Part shown: one piece after another, positions 25,074 to 36,424 of the stretch
Layout of the letters: each line of letters opens with the position of its first letter
How positions within the stretch are numbered: position 1 is the first letter of the stretch
Source of the DNA: Candidatus Omnitrophota bacterium
Lineage (GTDB): Bacteria > Omnitrophota > Omnitrophia > Omnitrophales > Aquincolibacteriaceae
Assembly: GCA_023247055.1 (NCBI GenBank)
Contig: JAHFHF010000003.1
Span: forward strand, 36,367 to 100,366
DNA: 64,000 nucleotides
Direction: 5' to 3'
Position numbers and translations under genes: made by a program
The notes under the pieces: generated by a model
Seen by the model: only the letters and a program-made list of their open reading frames with translations
Told to the model about the DNA's origin: nothing
Database searches by the model: none

Positions 25074-25661
25074 ATGACGTCTTCGCGCTTTAATGCGGCT
25101 ATCCAAAAAATAGACCAGGCTAACGCGCAGGATCCGAACCGCGAAAGTTTTCATGGAAAAGACTACCCTAAAGAACTTCTCTACAGCATTCGCATGAGCG
25201 CTTGGCTGGATAAGCTGCGGCCCGAGGCCCCGGATTTTTTGAAGCTTGCGGCGCGCGCCCAGCATCTCCGGCGCTGGGAAGTCCCGCGTTCTTCATATCC
25301 GATGGACCGCGCCGGCTATTTGAAATGGCGGACGTTTCTTTATGTATACCATGCCGACAAAGCCGTGGAGATTTTGCGCGAAACCGGCTATGACGAGGAG
25401 ACAATCCAAAAAGTCCGCACGTTGTTGCTCAAGCAGAATATCAAGACCAATCCGGACATGCAGTTCTTAGAAGACGTGATCTGCCTGGTATTTCTCGAAA
25501 ATTACTTCGCGGATTTTTCCAAACAGCATGATGAAGAAAAAATGATTCTGATTGTCCAAAAAACCTGGAAAAAAATGTCCGAAGAGGGCCACCGCGCTGC
25601 CTTTCAAATTTCCATGAGTCCCGCCGCTGCAGCCCTTGTCCAAAAAGCCCTTAAATCGTAA
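25074..25661 (+). CDS. Conserved hypothetical protein
   Basis: 196-aa ORF with a GGAG RBS before ATG 25074. No confident family assignment by eye. Confidence 0.4.
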   Translation: MTSSRFNAAIQKIDQANAQDPNRESFHGKDYPKELLYSIRMSAWLDKLRPEAPDFLKLAARAQHLRRWEVPRSSYPMDRAGYLKWRTFLYVYHADKAVEILRETGYDEETIQKVRTLLLKQNIKTNPDMQFLEDVICLVFLENYFADFSKQHDEEKMILIVQKTWKKMSEEGHRAAFQISMSPAAAALVQKALKS

Positions 25662-25689
25662 AAAGCAGCCTGTTTCCTTTTTCTCATTT

Positions 25690-25717
25690 GTAGTGGCAAT
25701 TCATGAATTGCCACTAC
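25690..25717. repeat. 28-bp perfect palindrome GTAGTGGCAATTCATGAATTGCCACTAC (copy 2, extended to 38 bp at 25685-25722)
   Basis: Identical to 20468-20495. Confidence 0.9.
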
Positions 25718-25801
25718 AAATGAAGAAATAATTTTTTGACGGCCAAAAATGTTTGAATGCACTGCAAATTTTTGAATTAGAATGTTTCAGGGGTTAAATC
25801 C

Positions 25802-26536
25802 ATGCAGCGAAAAGGCCCATCATCAAAAAATCTGATACGCACGCTCTCGAAGCTCGGACTGTGTTCGCGTACGCAGGCGCTGGTGCATGTGCAGGCTGGA
25901 CGCGTCACGGTCAACGGCCGTTGTGTGACCGATCCCGGTTATGTTGTGCGGCCGCAGGACAAAATCAAATTGGATGGAACCGCCGCGAGGGTCCAGCCCA
26001 AACGCTATTTTCTTTTCCATAAACCCGCCGGCTGCGTGACTACCCGCCAGGATGAAAAAGGCCGCAAGACCGTCTACGATTATTTGGGTGAAATCGGCAG
26101 CTGGGTTTTTCCCGTAGGCCGTTTGGATCAGGATTCGGAAGGGTTGTTGATTCTGACGAACGACACGGCGTTCGGCCATCAGCTCACTGAACCGCGTTTT
26201 CAAGTGCCGCGAATTTATGAAATTTGGGTGCAGGGCCTGCTCACGCCGGAAGATCAAAAACAAATCAGCCGCGGCATCGAGATCGGCCGGGGAGAGATCG
26301 CGCGCGGAGCACGCCTAAAAATTTTAAAAGCCGGTCGTGAAGTATCGCATGCCGAGATCCGGCTGACGGAGGGAAAAAACCGCGAAGTCCGGCGCCTATT
26401 TGAAACGTTAGGCAAGCCCGTCACGCGGCTTTTACGCACGCATTTCGGCCCTTATCAACTTGGCAATCTGCCGCCCGGCACTTGGAAAGAAATTTTAAAT
26501 CCATCCGGGTTAAAATTGAACCCGGATCAATTTTAA
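25802..26536 (+). CDS. rRNA pseudouridine synthase (RsuA/RluB family) with an S4 domain
   Basis: S4-like N-terminus. Catalytic VGRLDQDSEGLLILTND. Confidence 0.8.
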   Translation: MQRKGPSSKNLIRTLSKLGLCSRTQALVHVQAGRVTVNGRCVTDPGYVVRPQDKIKLDGTAARVQPKRYFLFHKPAGCVTTRQDEKGRKTVYDYLGEIGSWVFPVGRLDQDSEGLLILTNDTAFGHQLTEPRFQVPRIYEIWVQGLLTPEDQKQISRGIEIGRGEIARGARLKILKAGREVSHAEIRLTEGKNREVRRLFETLGKPVTRLLRTHFGPYQLGNLPPGTWKEILNPSGLKLNPDQF

Positions 26537-26696
26537 CCCGGACGAGAAGAGCGGCTCTTTAAGTGCTTACCCCTTAAGGATTTCCGTAAACCGGCCATTG
26601 TCTTTTAGGCCTGCCGGGAGTATAATTCACGTCTATGCCATTCGCATACAGGGATTAACGTGGTCTCTGATGCGATGGCAATAAAATAAAGATTTT

Positions 26697-27173
26697 ATGA
26701 CAAAACCGAGCGTTGAAACCCTTCTTAAAGAAAAGAAAATCTACCAGGTCATCAATCCCAAATGCGTGACCACGCATCCGGATGTTTCCATCAAGCAGGC
26801 CATTAACGTCATGCAGGAAAATAAATCCGGCTATATCGTTGTGGCGGAACACAATCAATGCGTGGGTATGTTTACTGAGACCGATGTCGTCCGGAAAATT
26901 CTGGGCAAAGACGTCAGTTGGAATGCGCCGATCCGCGATTTTATGACCAAAAATCCCTCTGTCTTAAGTCCGAATGATCCCGTGGGCAAAGCCATTGAAC
27001 TCATGGGGGACAACCGTTTTTATCATGTGCCGCTTGTCGATGCGAATGGCAATCTCTCAGGCGTGCTTTCCGTAAGAACCTTGATCCGGTTTCTTGCGGA
27101 GTTTTATCCGACCGAGGTCTTCAACCTGCCGCCCGACCCCAACCAGGTGATGACTCAGCCGGAAGGGGGCTGA
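26697..27173 (+). CDS. CBS-domain pair protein
   Basis: Two CBS repeats (…VITTHPDVSIKQAINVMQENKSGYIVV… / …HVPLVDANGNLSGVLS…). Confidence 0.65.
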   Translation: MTKPSVETLLKEKKIYQVINPKCVTTHPDVSIKQAINVMQENKSGYIVVAEHNQCVGMFTETDVVRKILGKDVSWNAPIRDFMTKNPSVLSPNDPVGKAIELMGDNRFYHVPLVDANGNLSGVLSVRTLIRFLAEFYPTEVFNLPPDPNQVMTQPEGG

Positions 27174-27179
27174 GTTTTT

Positions 27180-29060
27180 ATGACCGATATTCAAGAGAAA
27201 AATCCGCCGCAAGCGCAGGCCCATCCGAAGGAACGCAAAGAAATCAGCGCGATCACCGTGCGTTTTGCCGGCGATTCGGGCGACGGCATGCAGCTCGCGG
27301 GCGACCAGTTCACCGATACCACGGCCATCATGGGCAATGATTTTTCAACCCTGCCGGATTATCCCGCTGAAATCCGCGCCCCGGTCGGTACACTGCCCGG
27401 TGTCAGCAGTTTTCAAATTCAATTTTCTGATTCCGTGATCTTTACGCCCGGCGATGTAGCCGACGTGCTGGTGTCCATGAACCCCGCCGCGCTTAAAGTC
27501 AACATTCCCTTTGTCAAAAAGGGCGGGCTTATCATTGTCAACGAATCCGTCTTTAATGAAATCAACCTGCGCAAAGCCAACTGGAAATCCAATCCGCTGC
27601 TGGATGAAACGCTCAAAGATTTTTCGTTAATTAAGATTCCGCTTTCCGAACTGACTAAAAATGCGCTCAAAGATCTCCCGATCAAAATGACCGAAGTCGA
27701 GCGCTGCAAAAACTTTTTTGCGCTCGGGCTGATGTTCTGGCTTTATTCGCGCAGCCTTGAACATACCGTGGATTGGATTCAGAAAAAATTTGCCAAACGT
27801 CCGGAGATGGTCAATGCGAACATCACGGCGCTCAAAGCAGGTTACAACTTTGCGGACATTGCCGAGGTTTTCCCTTCGCAATATTACGTCAAACAATCCG
27901 ACCTGGAACCGGGCACTTACCGCAAAATTATGGGCAACGAAGCTGCCGCTATTGGTTTTATCACGGCCGCGCGTCTGGCCAAGAAAACATTGTTTTACGG
28001 GAGTTATCCCATTACGCCGGCCAGCGATATTTTGCACCAGCTGGCCCGTTTTAAAAATTACGACGTCAAAACTTTTCAAGCTGAGGATGAAATTGCGGCT
28101 GTGGGGTCTGCGATCGGCGCTTCGTTCGGCGGCGAAATCGGCATGACGGGAACGAGCGGTCCGGGCATGTGCCTGAAAGCCGAAGCCATGAATTTGGCGG
28201 TCATGGCCGAGCTGCCTTTGATCGTGATCAACGTCCAGCGCGGCGGACCCAGCACCGGAATGCCGACCAAAACCGAACAGGCCGACCTTTTGCAGGCCAT
28301 GTACGGCCGCAACGGGGAGTCGCCGGTCGCGATTGTGGCGCCCAAGACGCCGGCCGACTGTTTCGACATGGCCATTGAAACTACGCGGCTGGCGCTAAAA
28401 TACATGACGCCGGTTATTTTTCTTTCCGAGGGTTACATTGCCAACGGATCCGAGCCGTGGAAATTGCCGGATATTGAAAAATTACCAAAGATCGAAGTGG
28501 TCCATGCCGCGGCGCCCAATGCCGGCACCGAATTCTGGCCGTACAAACGCGATCCGAAAACGCTGGCGCGCCCCTGGGCCAAACCCGGCACACCGGGCCT
28601 TGAGCACCGCATCGGCGGCTTAGCCAAGGCGGAGAACACGGGTAATGTCAGTTATGATCCGGACAACAACCAAAAGATGATGACCTTGCGGGCTGAAAAA
28701 ATCGCGGGCATTGCCAACGACATCCCGAATCTCGAAGTCTACGGGCCCGCAAAAGGCAAAGTCCTGGTTTTGGGGTGGGGCGGCTCTTTTGGCGCGATTT
28801 TCCAGGCCGTCAAACAGCTTGAACTGGAAGGCAAAAAAGTCAGCCGTGCGCATCTGCAATATTTGAATCCCTTTCCGAAAAACACCGGCGAAGTGCTGCG
28901 GCAGTTTGAAGTGGTTTTGATCCCGGAACTGAATTTCGGGCATTTGCTCAACCTTGTGCGTTTCCGTTTCCCCGGGGTGAATGCAACCGGGCTGCATAAA
29001 GTTCAGGGCCAGCCCTTCAAAGTTTTTGAAGTCGCCGAAAAAATAAAGGAACTTTTATGA
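27180..29060 (+). CDS. korA: 2-oxoacid:ferredoxin oxidoreductase alpha subunit (KorA/PorA-type, with fused gamma domain)
   Basis: 626 aa. …GNEAAAIGFITAARLA…GSYPITPASDILHQLA…LPLIVINVQRGGPSTG…. Confidence 0.75.
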   Translation: MTDIQEKNPPQAQAHPKERKEISAITVRFAGDSGDGMQLAGDQFTDTTAIMGNDFSTLPDYPAEIRAPVGTLPGVSSFQIQFSDSVIFTPGDVADVLVSMNPAALKVNIPFVKKGGLIIVNESVFNEINLRKANWKSNPLLDETLKDFSLIKIPLSELTKNALKDLPIKMTEVERCKNFFALGLMFWLYSRSLEHTVDWIQKKFAKRPEMVNANITALKAGYNFADIAEVFPSQYYVKQSDLEPGTYRKIMGNEAAAIGFITAARLAKKTLFYGSYPITPASDILHQLARFKNYDVKTFQAEDEIAAVGSAIGASFGGEIGMTGTSGPGMCLKAEAMNLAVMAELPLIVINVQRGGPSTGMPTKTEQADLLQAMYGRNGESPVAIVAPKTPADCFDMAIETTRLALKYMTPVIFLSEGYIANGSEPWKLPDIEKLPKIEVVHAAAPNAGTEFWPYKRDPKTLARPWAKPGTPGLEHRIGGLAKAENTGNVSYDPDNNQKMMTLRAEKIAGIANDIPNLEVYGPAKGKVLVLGWGGSFGAIFQAVKQLELEGKKVSRAHLQYLNPFPKNTGEVLRQFEVVLIPELNFGHLLNLVRFRFPGVNATGLHKVQGQPFKVFEVAEKIKELL

Positions 29061-30085
29061 GTACGGGCTTTAAAGAAATGGATTTGTCCTACACCAAGGA
29101 TGATTTTGTCAGCAATCAGGACGTGCGTTGGTGCCCGGGCTGCGGTGATTATGCGATTTTAGCGACTGCACAGCGGACGCTGGCCAAATTTAAAACTCCG
29201 CGCGAAAATTACGTCTTTATTTCAGGCATCGGCTGCTCGAGCCGGTTCCCGTATTACATGAATACTTACGGCTTTCACACGATCCACGGCCGGGCGCCCA
29301 CGATTGCCACGGGCTTGCGCTGCGTGAACCCGGACCTTTCGATCTGGCTGATCACCGGTGACGGCGATGGCCTTAGCATCGGCGGCAACCACTTGATTCA
29401 TTGCATGCGCCGCAATGTGAACATCAATATTTTGCTAGTGAACAACCAGATTTACGGCCTGACAAAAGGGCAATACTCGCCGACGTCCACGCAGGGGAAA
29501 GTCACCAAGTCTTCACCCTATGGTTCCATTGATTATCCCATCAATGCCTTGCGCATTGCGATTGCGTCAGAAGCGACATTCATTGCCCGCACGCTGGATG
29601 CGGATCCCAACCACATGGGCATGATCATGACCCGCGCGGCGCAGCACAAGGGCGTTTCATTTATCGAGATTTATCAGAACTGCATTATTTTCAATGACAA
29701 AACTTTCGCGCCTGTCGTCGGCCGTGAAGTGCGCGATGACCGCATGATTTACCTGGAAGAAGGCAAACCCCTCATTTATGGCAAACAGCGCAATAAAGCG
29801 ATCAAACTTCAGGGGCTGCATCCCGAGATTGTAGACCTCGAAGGCGACGGCGCCGGCCAGGACTTGCTGATCCACAAAGAGCAAAGTCCGGATGCCAGCT
29901 ATGCCTATCTTTTGAGCCAGATGTCTTATCCTGAAATGCCTGTGCCGTTCGGCGTTTTTCGTGCGATCGAACGTCCGACGTATGATGACATGATGAACGA
30001 CCAAGTCGAGGCCATGAAAAAAGAAAAAGGCCCAGGCGACCTTAAAAAACTGATTTATGGTTCCAGCACCTGGACGGTAAAGTGA
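29057..30085 (+). CDS. korB: 2-oxoacid:ferredoxin oxidoreductase beta subunit (TPP-binding)
   Basis: WCPGCGDY…GIGCSSR…GDGDGLSIGGNHLIH. Translationally coupled to korA. Confidence 0.8.
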   Translation: MSTGFKEMDLSYTKDDFVSNQDVRWCPGCGDYAILATAQRTLAKFKTPRENYVFISGIGCSSRFPYYMNTYGFHTIHGRAPTIATGLRCVNPDLSIWLITGDGDGLSIGGNHLIHCMRRNVNINILLVNNQIYGLTKGQYSPTSTQGKVTKSSPYGSIDYPINALRIAIASEATFIARTLDADPNHMGMIMTRAAQHKGVSFIEIYQNCIIFNDKTFAPVVGREVRDDRMIYLEEGKPLIYGKQRNKAIKLQGLHPEIVDLEGDGAGQDLLIHKEQSPDASYAYLLSQMSYPEMPVPFGVFRAIERPTYDDMMNDQVEAMKKEKGPGDLKKLIYGSSTWTVK

Positions 30086-30137
30086 CGCGTAGCGTCATCC
30101 CCGAATGTCTTTGTCGGGGATCAGGAGAGAGAGTTAT

Positions 30138-30668
30138 ATGAAAATAAAGTGCCCCTCATGCGGGACTGAAAATATCGAAGGCCTGGACCGCTGCGAGCAG
30201 TGCCTGCATTCGCTCATCACGCGCGATTTACCCAAGCCGAGCAAGGATGACCTCTACCAAAATGCCCTGATGACGGCGCCGGTCTCCGCGCTGGTCACCG
30301 GCAAAGACTTGCTGGTGGCCGACACGGCCGATTCGATCGCGAAGGTCATCGAAATTTTCCAGAAAAAATCAAAAAACTGCGTCCTGGTTTATCAGAAGAA
30401 AAAACTTGTAGGCATTATCAGCAACCGCGATTTGATCCGGCGTGTCGCCGGCATCCATGCGGACCTTTCCAAGGTCAAAGCTCAGGATGTCATGACGCCA
30501 AACCCGGAATCCGTCAAACTGCAGGACCCCATTTCATTTGTCGTCAATAAAATGGCCATGGGTGGCTTCCGCCACGTGCCTGTGCTGGCGCAGGACGGTG
30601 CGCCCATCAGCATCGTCAATATTCACGACGTCATGCACTTCCTCTCAAGCCATCAAAAGAAAGATTAA
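30138..30668 (+). CDS. Zinc-ribbon + CBS-domain pair protein
   Basis: CPSCGTENIEGLDRCEQC zinc ribbon followed by two CBS domains. RBS AGGAGAG before ATG 30138. Confidence 0.6.
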   Translation: MKIKCPSCGTENIEGLDRCEQCLHSLITRDLPKPSKDDLYQNALMTAPVSALVTGKDLLVADTADSIAKVIEIFQKKSKNCVLVYQKKKLVGIISNRDLIRRVAGIHADLSKVKAQDVMTPNPESVKLQDPISFVVNKMAMGGFRHVPVLAQDGAPISIVNIHDVMHFLSSHQKKD

Positions 30669-30672
30669 CCCC

Positions 30673-31287
30673 ATGACCTTTCGCCGTTTTTTTTCTTGGA
30701 GTGTTCTTTTTTTTGCCATGGCGGTTTTTTCTGCAGGATGCGGTAAAAACGCTGCAGATAACGCTAAAAAAGAAGCGACAACGCCTGCTGCGCCTGCTGC
30801 GCCTGCTGCGCAGGCCATGCAGGCCAAAGCCGGGCAAGAAACTTTTAACTTCCGCGAAATTTTGGCGCGTGCCCGGGAAGAAGAACGGTTCTTCAGCGGC
30901 CTTTGCCGCCTGCTTTTGACGCGCTCGGTTTTATTCGCTCTGGATACCCAGGAAACCAAACCGGAAGTTGACGATAAAGGCAACCCGACCAAGTTTTCCA
31001 TTAAAGTGCTGAAACCTGCCGAAGACAAAGGGCCTGGCGCGGCGCTTATTTTCAGCAGCAAAGAGTCGCTGGCTGCTGCGGGCGATAAGTTCAGCTGGGC
31101 TAAGAATGAAAAAGGCATGTATAGTTTTGCGTCTGTGAACGGCCAGGCCGCTTTCCGCATTCTGAAGGATAATGGATACAGTCAGGTGATTCTCGACTCG
31201 GCAAGTCCTACGCCCCTGATGCTGAATCCGGCGGAAATCCAGTCTCTCGCAGACGGGAAAATTCCTCCTTTTCATAAAGCTTCCTGA
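30673..31287 (+). CDS. Lipoprotein (SseB-like C-terminal domain?) with a PAAPAAPAA linker
   Basis: Lipobox FSAGCGK. 9-bp x3 tandem repeat gcgcctgct at 30781-30810. Confidence 0.45.
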   Translation: MTFRRFFSWSVLFFAMAVFSAGCGKNAADNAKKEATTPAAPAAPAAQAMQAKAGQETFNFREILARAREEERFFSGLCRLLLTRSVLFALDTQETKPEVDDKGNPTKFSIKVLKPAEDKGPGAALIFSSKESLAAAGDKFSWAKNEKGMYSFASVNGQAAFRILKDNGYSQVILDSASPTPLMLNPAEIQSLADGKIPPFHKAS

Positions 31288-31316
31288 TTTTTCAATAACG
31301 GTCTTTTTTGGATTGC

Positions 31317-31874
31317 ATGATTAAAACCGGTTTTTTGGCTGCGTTCTTACTGGCTCTTTCCTGGCCCGCAAACGGCTGTCTTTTTGCCGAAGAAATTCTC
31401 TATGTCATTGACGGCGATACGGTTGTTCTCGCCAATGCGCATGAAGAACACGTGCGTTTGATCGGTATCGATGCGCCGGAGATCGATCATCCGGATTACG
31501 GGCGTAAGGGGGAACCTTACGGTACAGAATCGGCAGATTATTTGCGCAGTTTGGTGGGCGGCAAAACGGTCCGGCTTGAAGGCGGCAGCGAATCTAAAGA
31601 CAAATACGGCCGGACGCTGGCCTATCTCTACCTGCCGGACGGATTGTTTGTCAACCGGCAGATGGTCGAAAGCGGTTATGCCGAAACTTTCCGGCGTTTT
31701 GATTTTACGTATAAACAAGAATTTTTGGATCTTGAAAAAAAAGCGCGCGCAGAAAAACGCGGCATGTGGCGCGAGCGCCCCAATGACTGGAAAGAACAAT
31801 TTCAACACTGGCTTTCGGCAAGAACTCCACAGCGTAAACAGGTTAGTCATGAGTCGTCAGTCTTGAGTCGTTAA
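31317..31874 (+). CDS. Secreted thermonuclease (SNase/micrococcal-nuclease family)
   Basis: VIDGDTV…VRLIGIDAPE…GRTLAYLY…. Confidence 0.75.
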   Translation: MIKTGFLAAFLLALSWPANGCLFAEEILYVIDGDTVVLANAHEEHVRLIGIDAPEIDHPDYGRKGEPYGTESADYLRSLVGGKTVRLEGGSESKDKYGRTLAYLYLPDGLFVNRQMVESGYAETFRRFDFTYKQEFLDLEKKARAEKRGMWRERPNDWKEQFQHWLSARTPQRKQVSHESSVLSR

Positions 31875-31986
31875 AAAAAAGAGCGCCTTGTGACTCCGAT
31901 CACCGTAGGTCATTTGTCAGAATGACAAACGCAAATTTTTCTAAGCCAAGATTTTTAGGTTTAGGCATTAACGCCTCGTGTGAGTT

Positions 31987-32097
31987 TTCCCCCCTCTTAA
32001 TCTCCCCCCGGAGAGCGCGGGGGGAGAAATAAAAGCGGTTTTACTATTTCCTCCCCCGTGCTTTTCGGGGGAGGATTAAGGTGGGGGGAAGTAGCAT
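31987..32097. repeat. G/C-hairpin-rich inverted-repeat element (family 2), copy 2
   Basis: tttcccccctcttaatctccccccggagagcgcggggggagaaa…cctcccccgtgcttttcgggggaggattaaggtgggggga. Same family as 20938-21089 but ~45 bp shorter. Confidence 0.7.
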
Positions 32098-32156
32098 AAA
32101 CCTGCACAAGGCGTTAGGCATTAAGCCAGGTTCTTTTTAACCGATAAAATAACACC

Positions 32157-32842
32157 ATGCTTTGTTGTTCAAAAAAAACCTCGATCACCAAAAAAGCCGT
32201 CATGGCCGTGACCGGCCTGCTTCTGCTGGGATTTGTGATCGCACATTTGCTCGGCAATCTCTGCGTTTTCGGCGGCCCGGATCTTTTGAATTCTTATGCC
32301 TATCACCTGGAAGGACTGGGCCCTCTTTTATGGGCTGCCCGCCTGGGACTTCTCATCCTTGTTTTGCTGCATATCACCACAGCCGTCCAGCTTGTCCTTG
32401 AAAATCGCAAGGCCCGTCCGGTGCCCTATCAGCGTTATAAACCCGTGGAGACTACGTATGCGGCGCGGACGATGGCTGCATCCGGTGTCATCGTATTGGC
32501 TTTCATTGTGTACCATCTGCTGCACTTTACATTCCGCGTCACCCATCCGGATATTTCGCACGGCCTCGATCCGCACGGCCACCGGGATGTGTACCGCATG
32601 GTGGTCTTGAGTTTCGGCGACCCGCGGGTTGCGGGAGGATACGTTTTTGCCATGGCGCTCCTTTGCCTGCATCTTAGCCACGGTTTCAAGAGCCTATTTC
32701 AATCCATGGGCTGGAATAGCATACGGCTCGAACCCAAACTGGCGGGCATCAGCCGCCTGCTGGCGCTTTTAATTTTTATCGGATACAGTTCCATTCCGCT
32801 GGCCGTGCTGCTGGGCTTTGTCAAACCTGCGGGAGCGCTGTC

Positions 32843-32846
<4 letters not shown>
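32157..32846 (+). CDS. sdhC: Succinate dehydrogenase/fumarate reductase cytochrome b membrane subunit (single-subunit anchor, Wolinella FrdC type)
   Basis: Five hydrophobic helices with conserved His residues. First gene of the C-A-B arrangement. Confidence 0.65.
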
Positions 32847-34752
<1,906 letters not shown>

Positions 34753-34756
<4 letters not shown>

Positions 34757-35502
34757 ACCTTGTTCTGCATGTCTGGCGCCAAAAAAACAATTCTGAAAAA
34801 GGCAAAATGGTCCGCTATGAGGCCCAAGATATCAATCCGCACATGTCTTTTCTGGAAATGCTGGATGTGGTCAACGAAAGGCTGATTCAAAAAGGCGAGG
34901 ATCCGGTTGCGTTTGACCATGACTGCCGCGAGGGAATCTGCGGCGCCTGTTCATTGACGATCAACGGCCGGCCGCATGGGCCAGAACGCGGCACGACCGT
35001 CTGCCAGCTGCACATGCGTCATTTCAAGGACGGTGAAGAAATTTATATCGAGCCTTGGCGCGCCAAAGCGTTTCCCGTGATTAAAGACTTGGTTGTGGCC
35101 CGCCAGGCTTTTGACCGCATTATCCAAAGCGGTGGTTTTGTATCTGTCAAAACCGGCAGCGCCCAGGATGCGAACACCATTTTAATCGGCAAGGACACTG
35201 CCGACAAAGCCATGGATGCTGCGGCCTGTATCGGCTGCGGCGCCTGTGTGGCGGCTTGTCCAAATGCGTCAGCCATGTTGTTCGTAGCCGCCAAGGTATC
35301 GCATCTGGCTTTGATGCCGCAGGGACAAGTCGAGAAACAAAAGCGTGTTTTGAACATGGTCCGTACCATGGACAACGAAAACTTCGGCAATTGCACCAAC
35401 CACTACGAATGCGAAGCCGCCTGCCCCAAAGAAATTTCCGTGGATTTCATCGCCCAGATGAATCGGGAATATTTACACGCAAGCATCAATGAGAAGCGCT
35501 GA
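34753..35502 (+). CDS. sdhB: Succinate dehydrogenase/fumarate reductase iron-sulfur subunit
   Basis: [2Fe-2S] CREGICGAC, [4Fe-4S] [12 protein letters not shown], [3Fe-4S] CEAACP. Confidence 0.9.
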
Positions 35503-35523
35503 TAGTCATCGAAAGGAGATTTT

Positions 35524-36117
35524 ATGAAAAAAAGTCTTTTCGTCTTAACCTTGGCTGCGCTGCTGGCCTGTCCTATCTCCAGTGCCGGCGCGGCGACCTA
35601 CGACATTGATTTGGATCACAGCACGGTGGGTTTCAAAATCCGGCATCTGCTTTCAAACGTGCGCGGAACTTTTGACCGGTTTTCAGGCACGTTGACCTTT
35701 GAACCCGGTAAGCCTGAACTGTGGAAAGTTGAAGCCGTAATCCAATCCGAAAGCATCAATACGAACGTAGCAGAACGTGACAAGCATTTAAGAAGCGCGG
35801 ACTTCTTTGATGCTGAAAAATACCCTGCGATTACGTTTAAAAGCACGAACGTAACGCTTGTGGATGAGCAGCATGCCAAGGTCGAAGGTCTTTTTTCAAT
35901 GCACGGAGTTGAGAAACTCGTCACGCTGGATGTGGAAATTCATGGCGTGGCCAAAGACCCGTGGGGCAATGTGCGCGCCGCTTTTACGGCTACCACCATG
36001 CTCAACCGCAAAGATTTTGGGATTGTCTATAATCAGACGCTGGAAACCGGCGGCGTGCTGATCGGCGAAGACGTCCAGGTCACGATCGAAATCGAAGGGC
36101 TTCAAAAAGAAGCCTGA
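35524..36117 (+). CDS. yceI: YceI-family periplasmic protein
   Basis: Signal peptide and the YceI-like pattern (…YDIDLDHSTVGFKIRHL…VRGTFDRFSG…). Confidence 0.7.
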   Translation: MKKSLFVLTLAALLACPISSAGAATYDIDLDHSTVGFKIRHLLSNVRGTFDRFSGTLTFEPGKPELWKVEAVIQSESINTNVAERDKHLRSADFFDAEKYPAITFKSTNVTLVDEQHAKVEGLFSMHGVEKLVTLDVEIHGVAKDPWGNVRAAFTATTMLNRKDFGIVYNQTLETGGVLIGEDVQVTIEIEGLQKEA

Positions 36118-36151
36118 TTTAAGCAAGCAATACCAACCCAGGAGAAAACGT

Positions 36152-36424
36152 ATGAAGAAATCGAAAAAAAATGCATTGCTAGCCGCGTCTGTTTCGGGGC
36201 TTTTAGCCGTGGCAGGTTTTGCTGCGGGTGTTAATACGGTTTATGCAGCGGATGAAATCGCCTGTTCGGGCATTAATGGCTGCAAGGGGCAGGGCGCTTG
36301 CGGCGGCAAGGGCCATTCATGCGCCGGAAAAAATGCCTGCAAAGGGCAGGGCTGGCTCAAAGTTGCTTCGGCCGATGCCTGCACCTCGCAGGGCGGAGCC
36401 GTCGTTCCCGGCATGGCCATGTAA
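36152..36424 (+). CDS. bufA: DUF2282-type Cys-rich secreted RiPP precursor (bufferin-like BufA)
   Basis: Sec signal MKKSKKNALLAASVSGLLAVAGFAAGVNTVYA, then a 58-aa core with 6 Cys in a Gly/Lys-rich context (CSGINGCKGQGACGGKGHSCAGKNACKGQGW…C). HSCAGKNACKGQGW matches the DUF2282 signature. RBS AGGAGAAAACGT. Confidence 0.7.
   Translation: MKKSKKNALLAASVSGLLAVAGFAAGVNTVYAADEIACSGINGCKGQGACGGKGHSCAGKNACKGQGWLKVASADACTSQGGAVVPGMAM

Noticed and set aside
36298-36423. Upstream start of the DUF692 ORF (MRRQGPFMRRKK…)
   Set aside because: This is an out-of-frame overlap with the bufA core. The DUF692 homology begins at ATG 36424, which overlaps the bufA stop.
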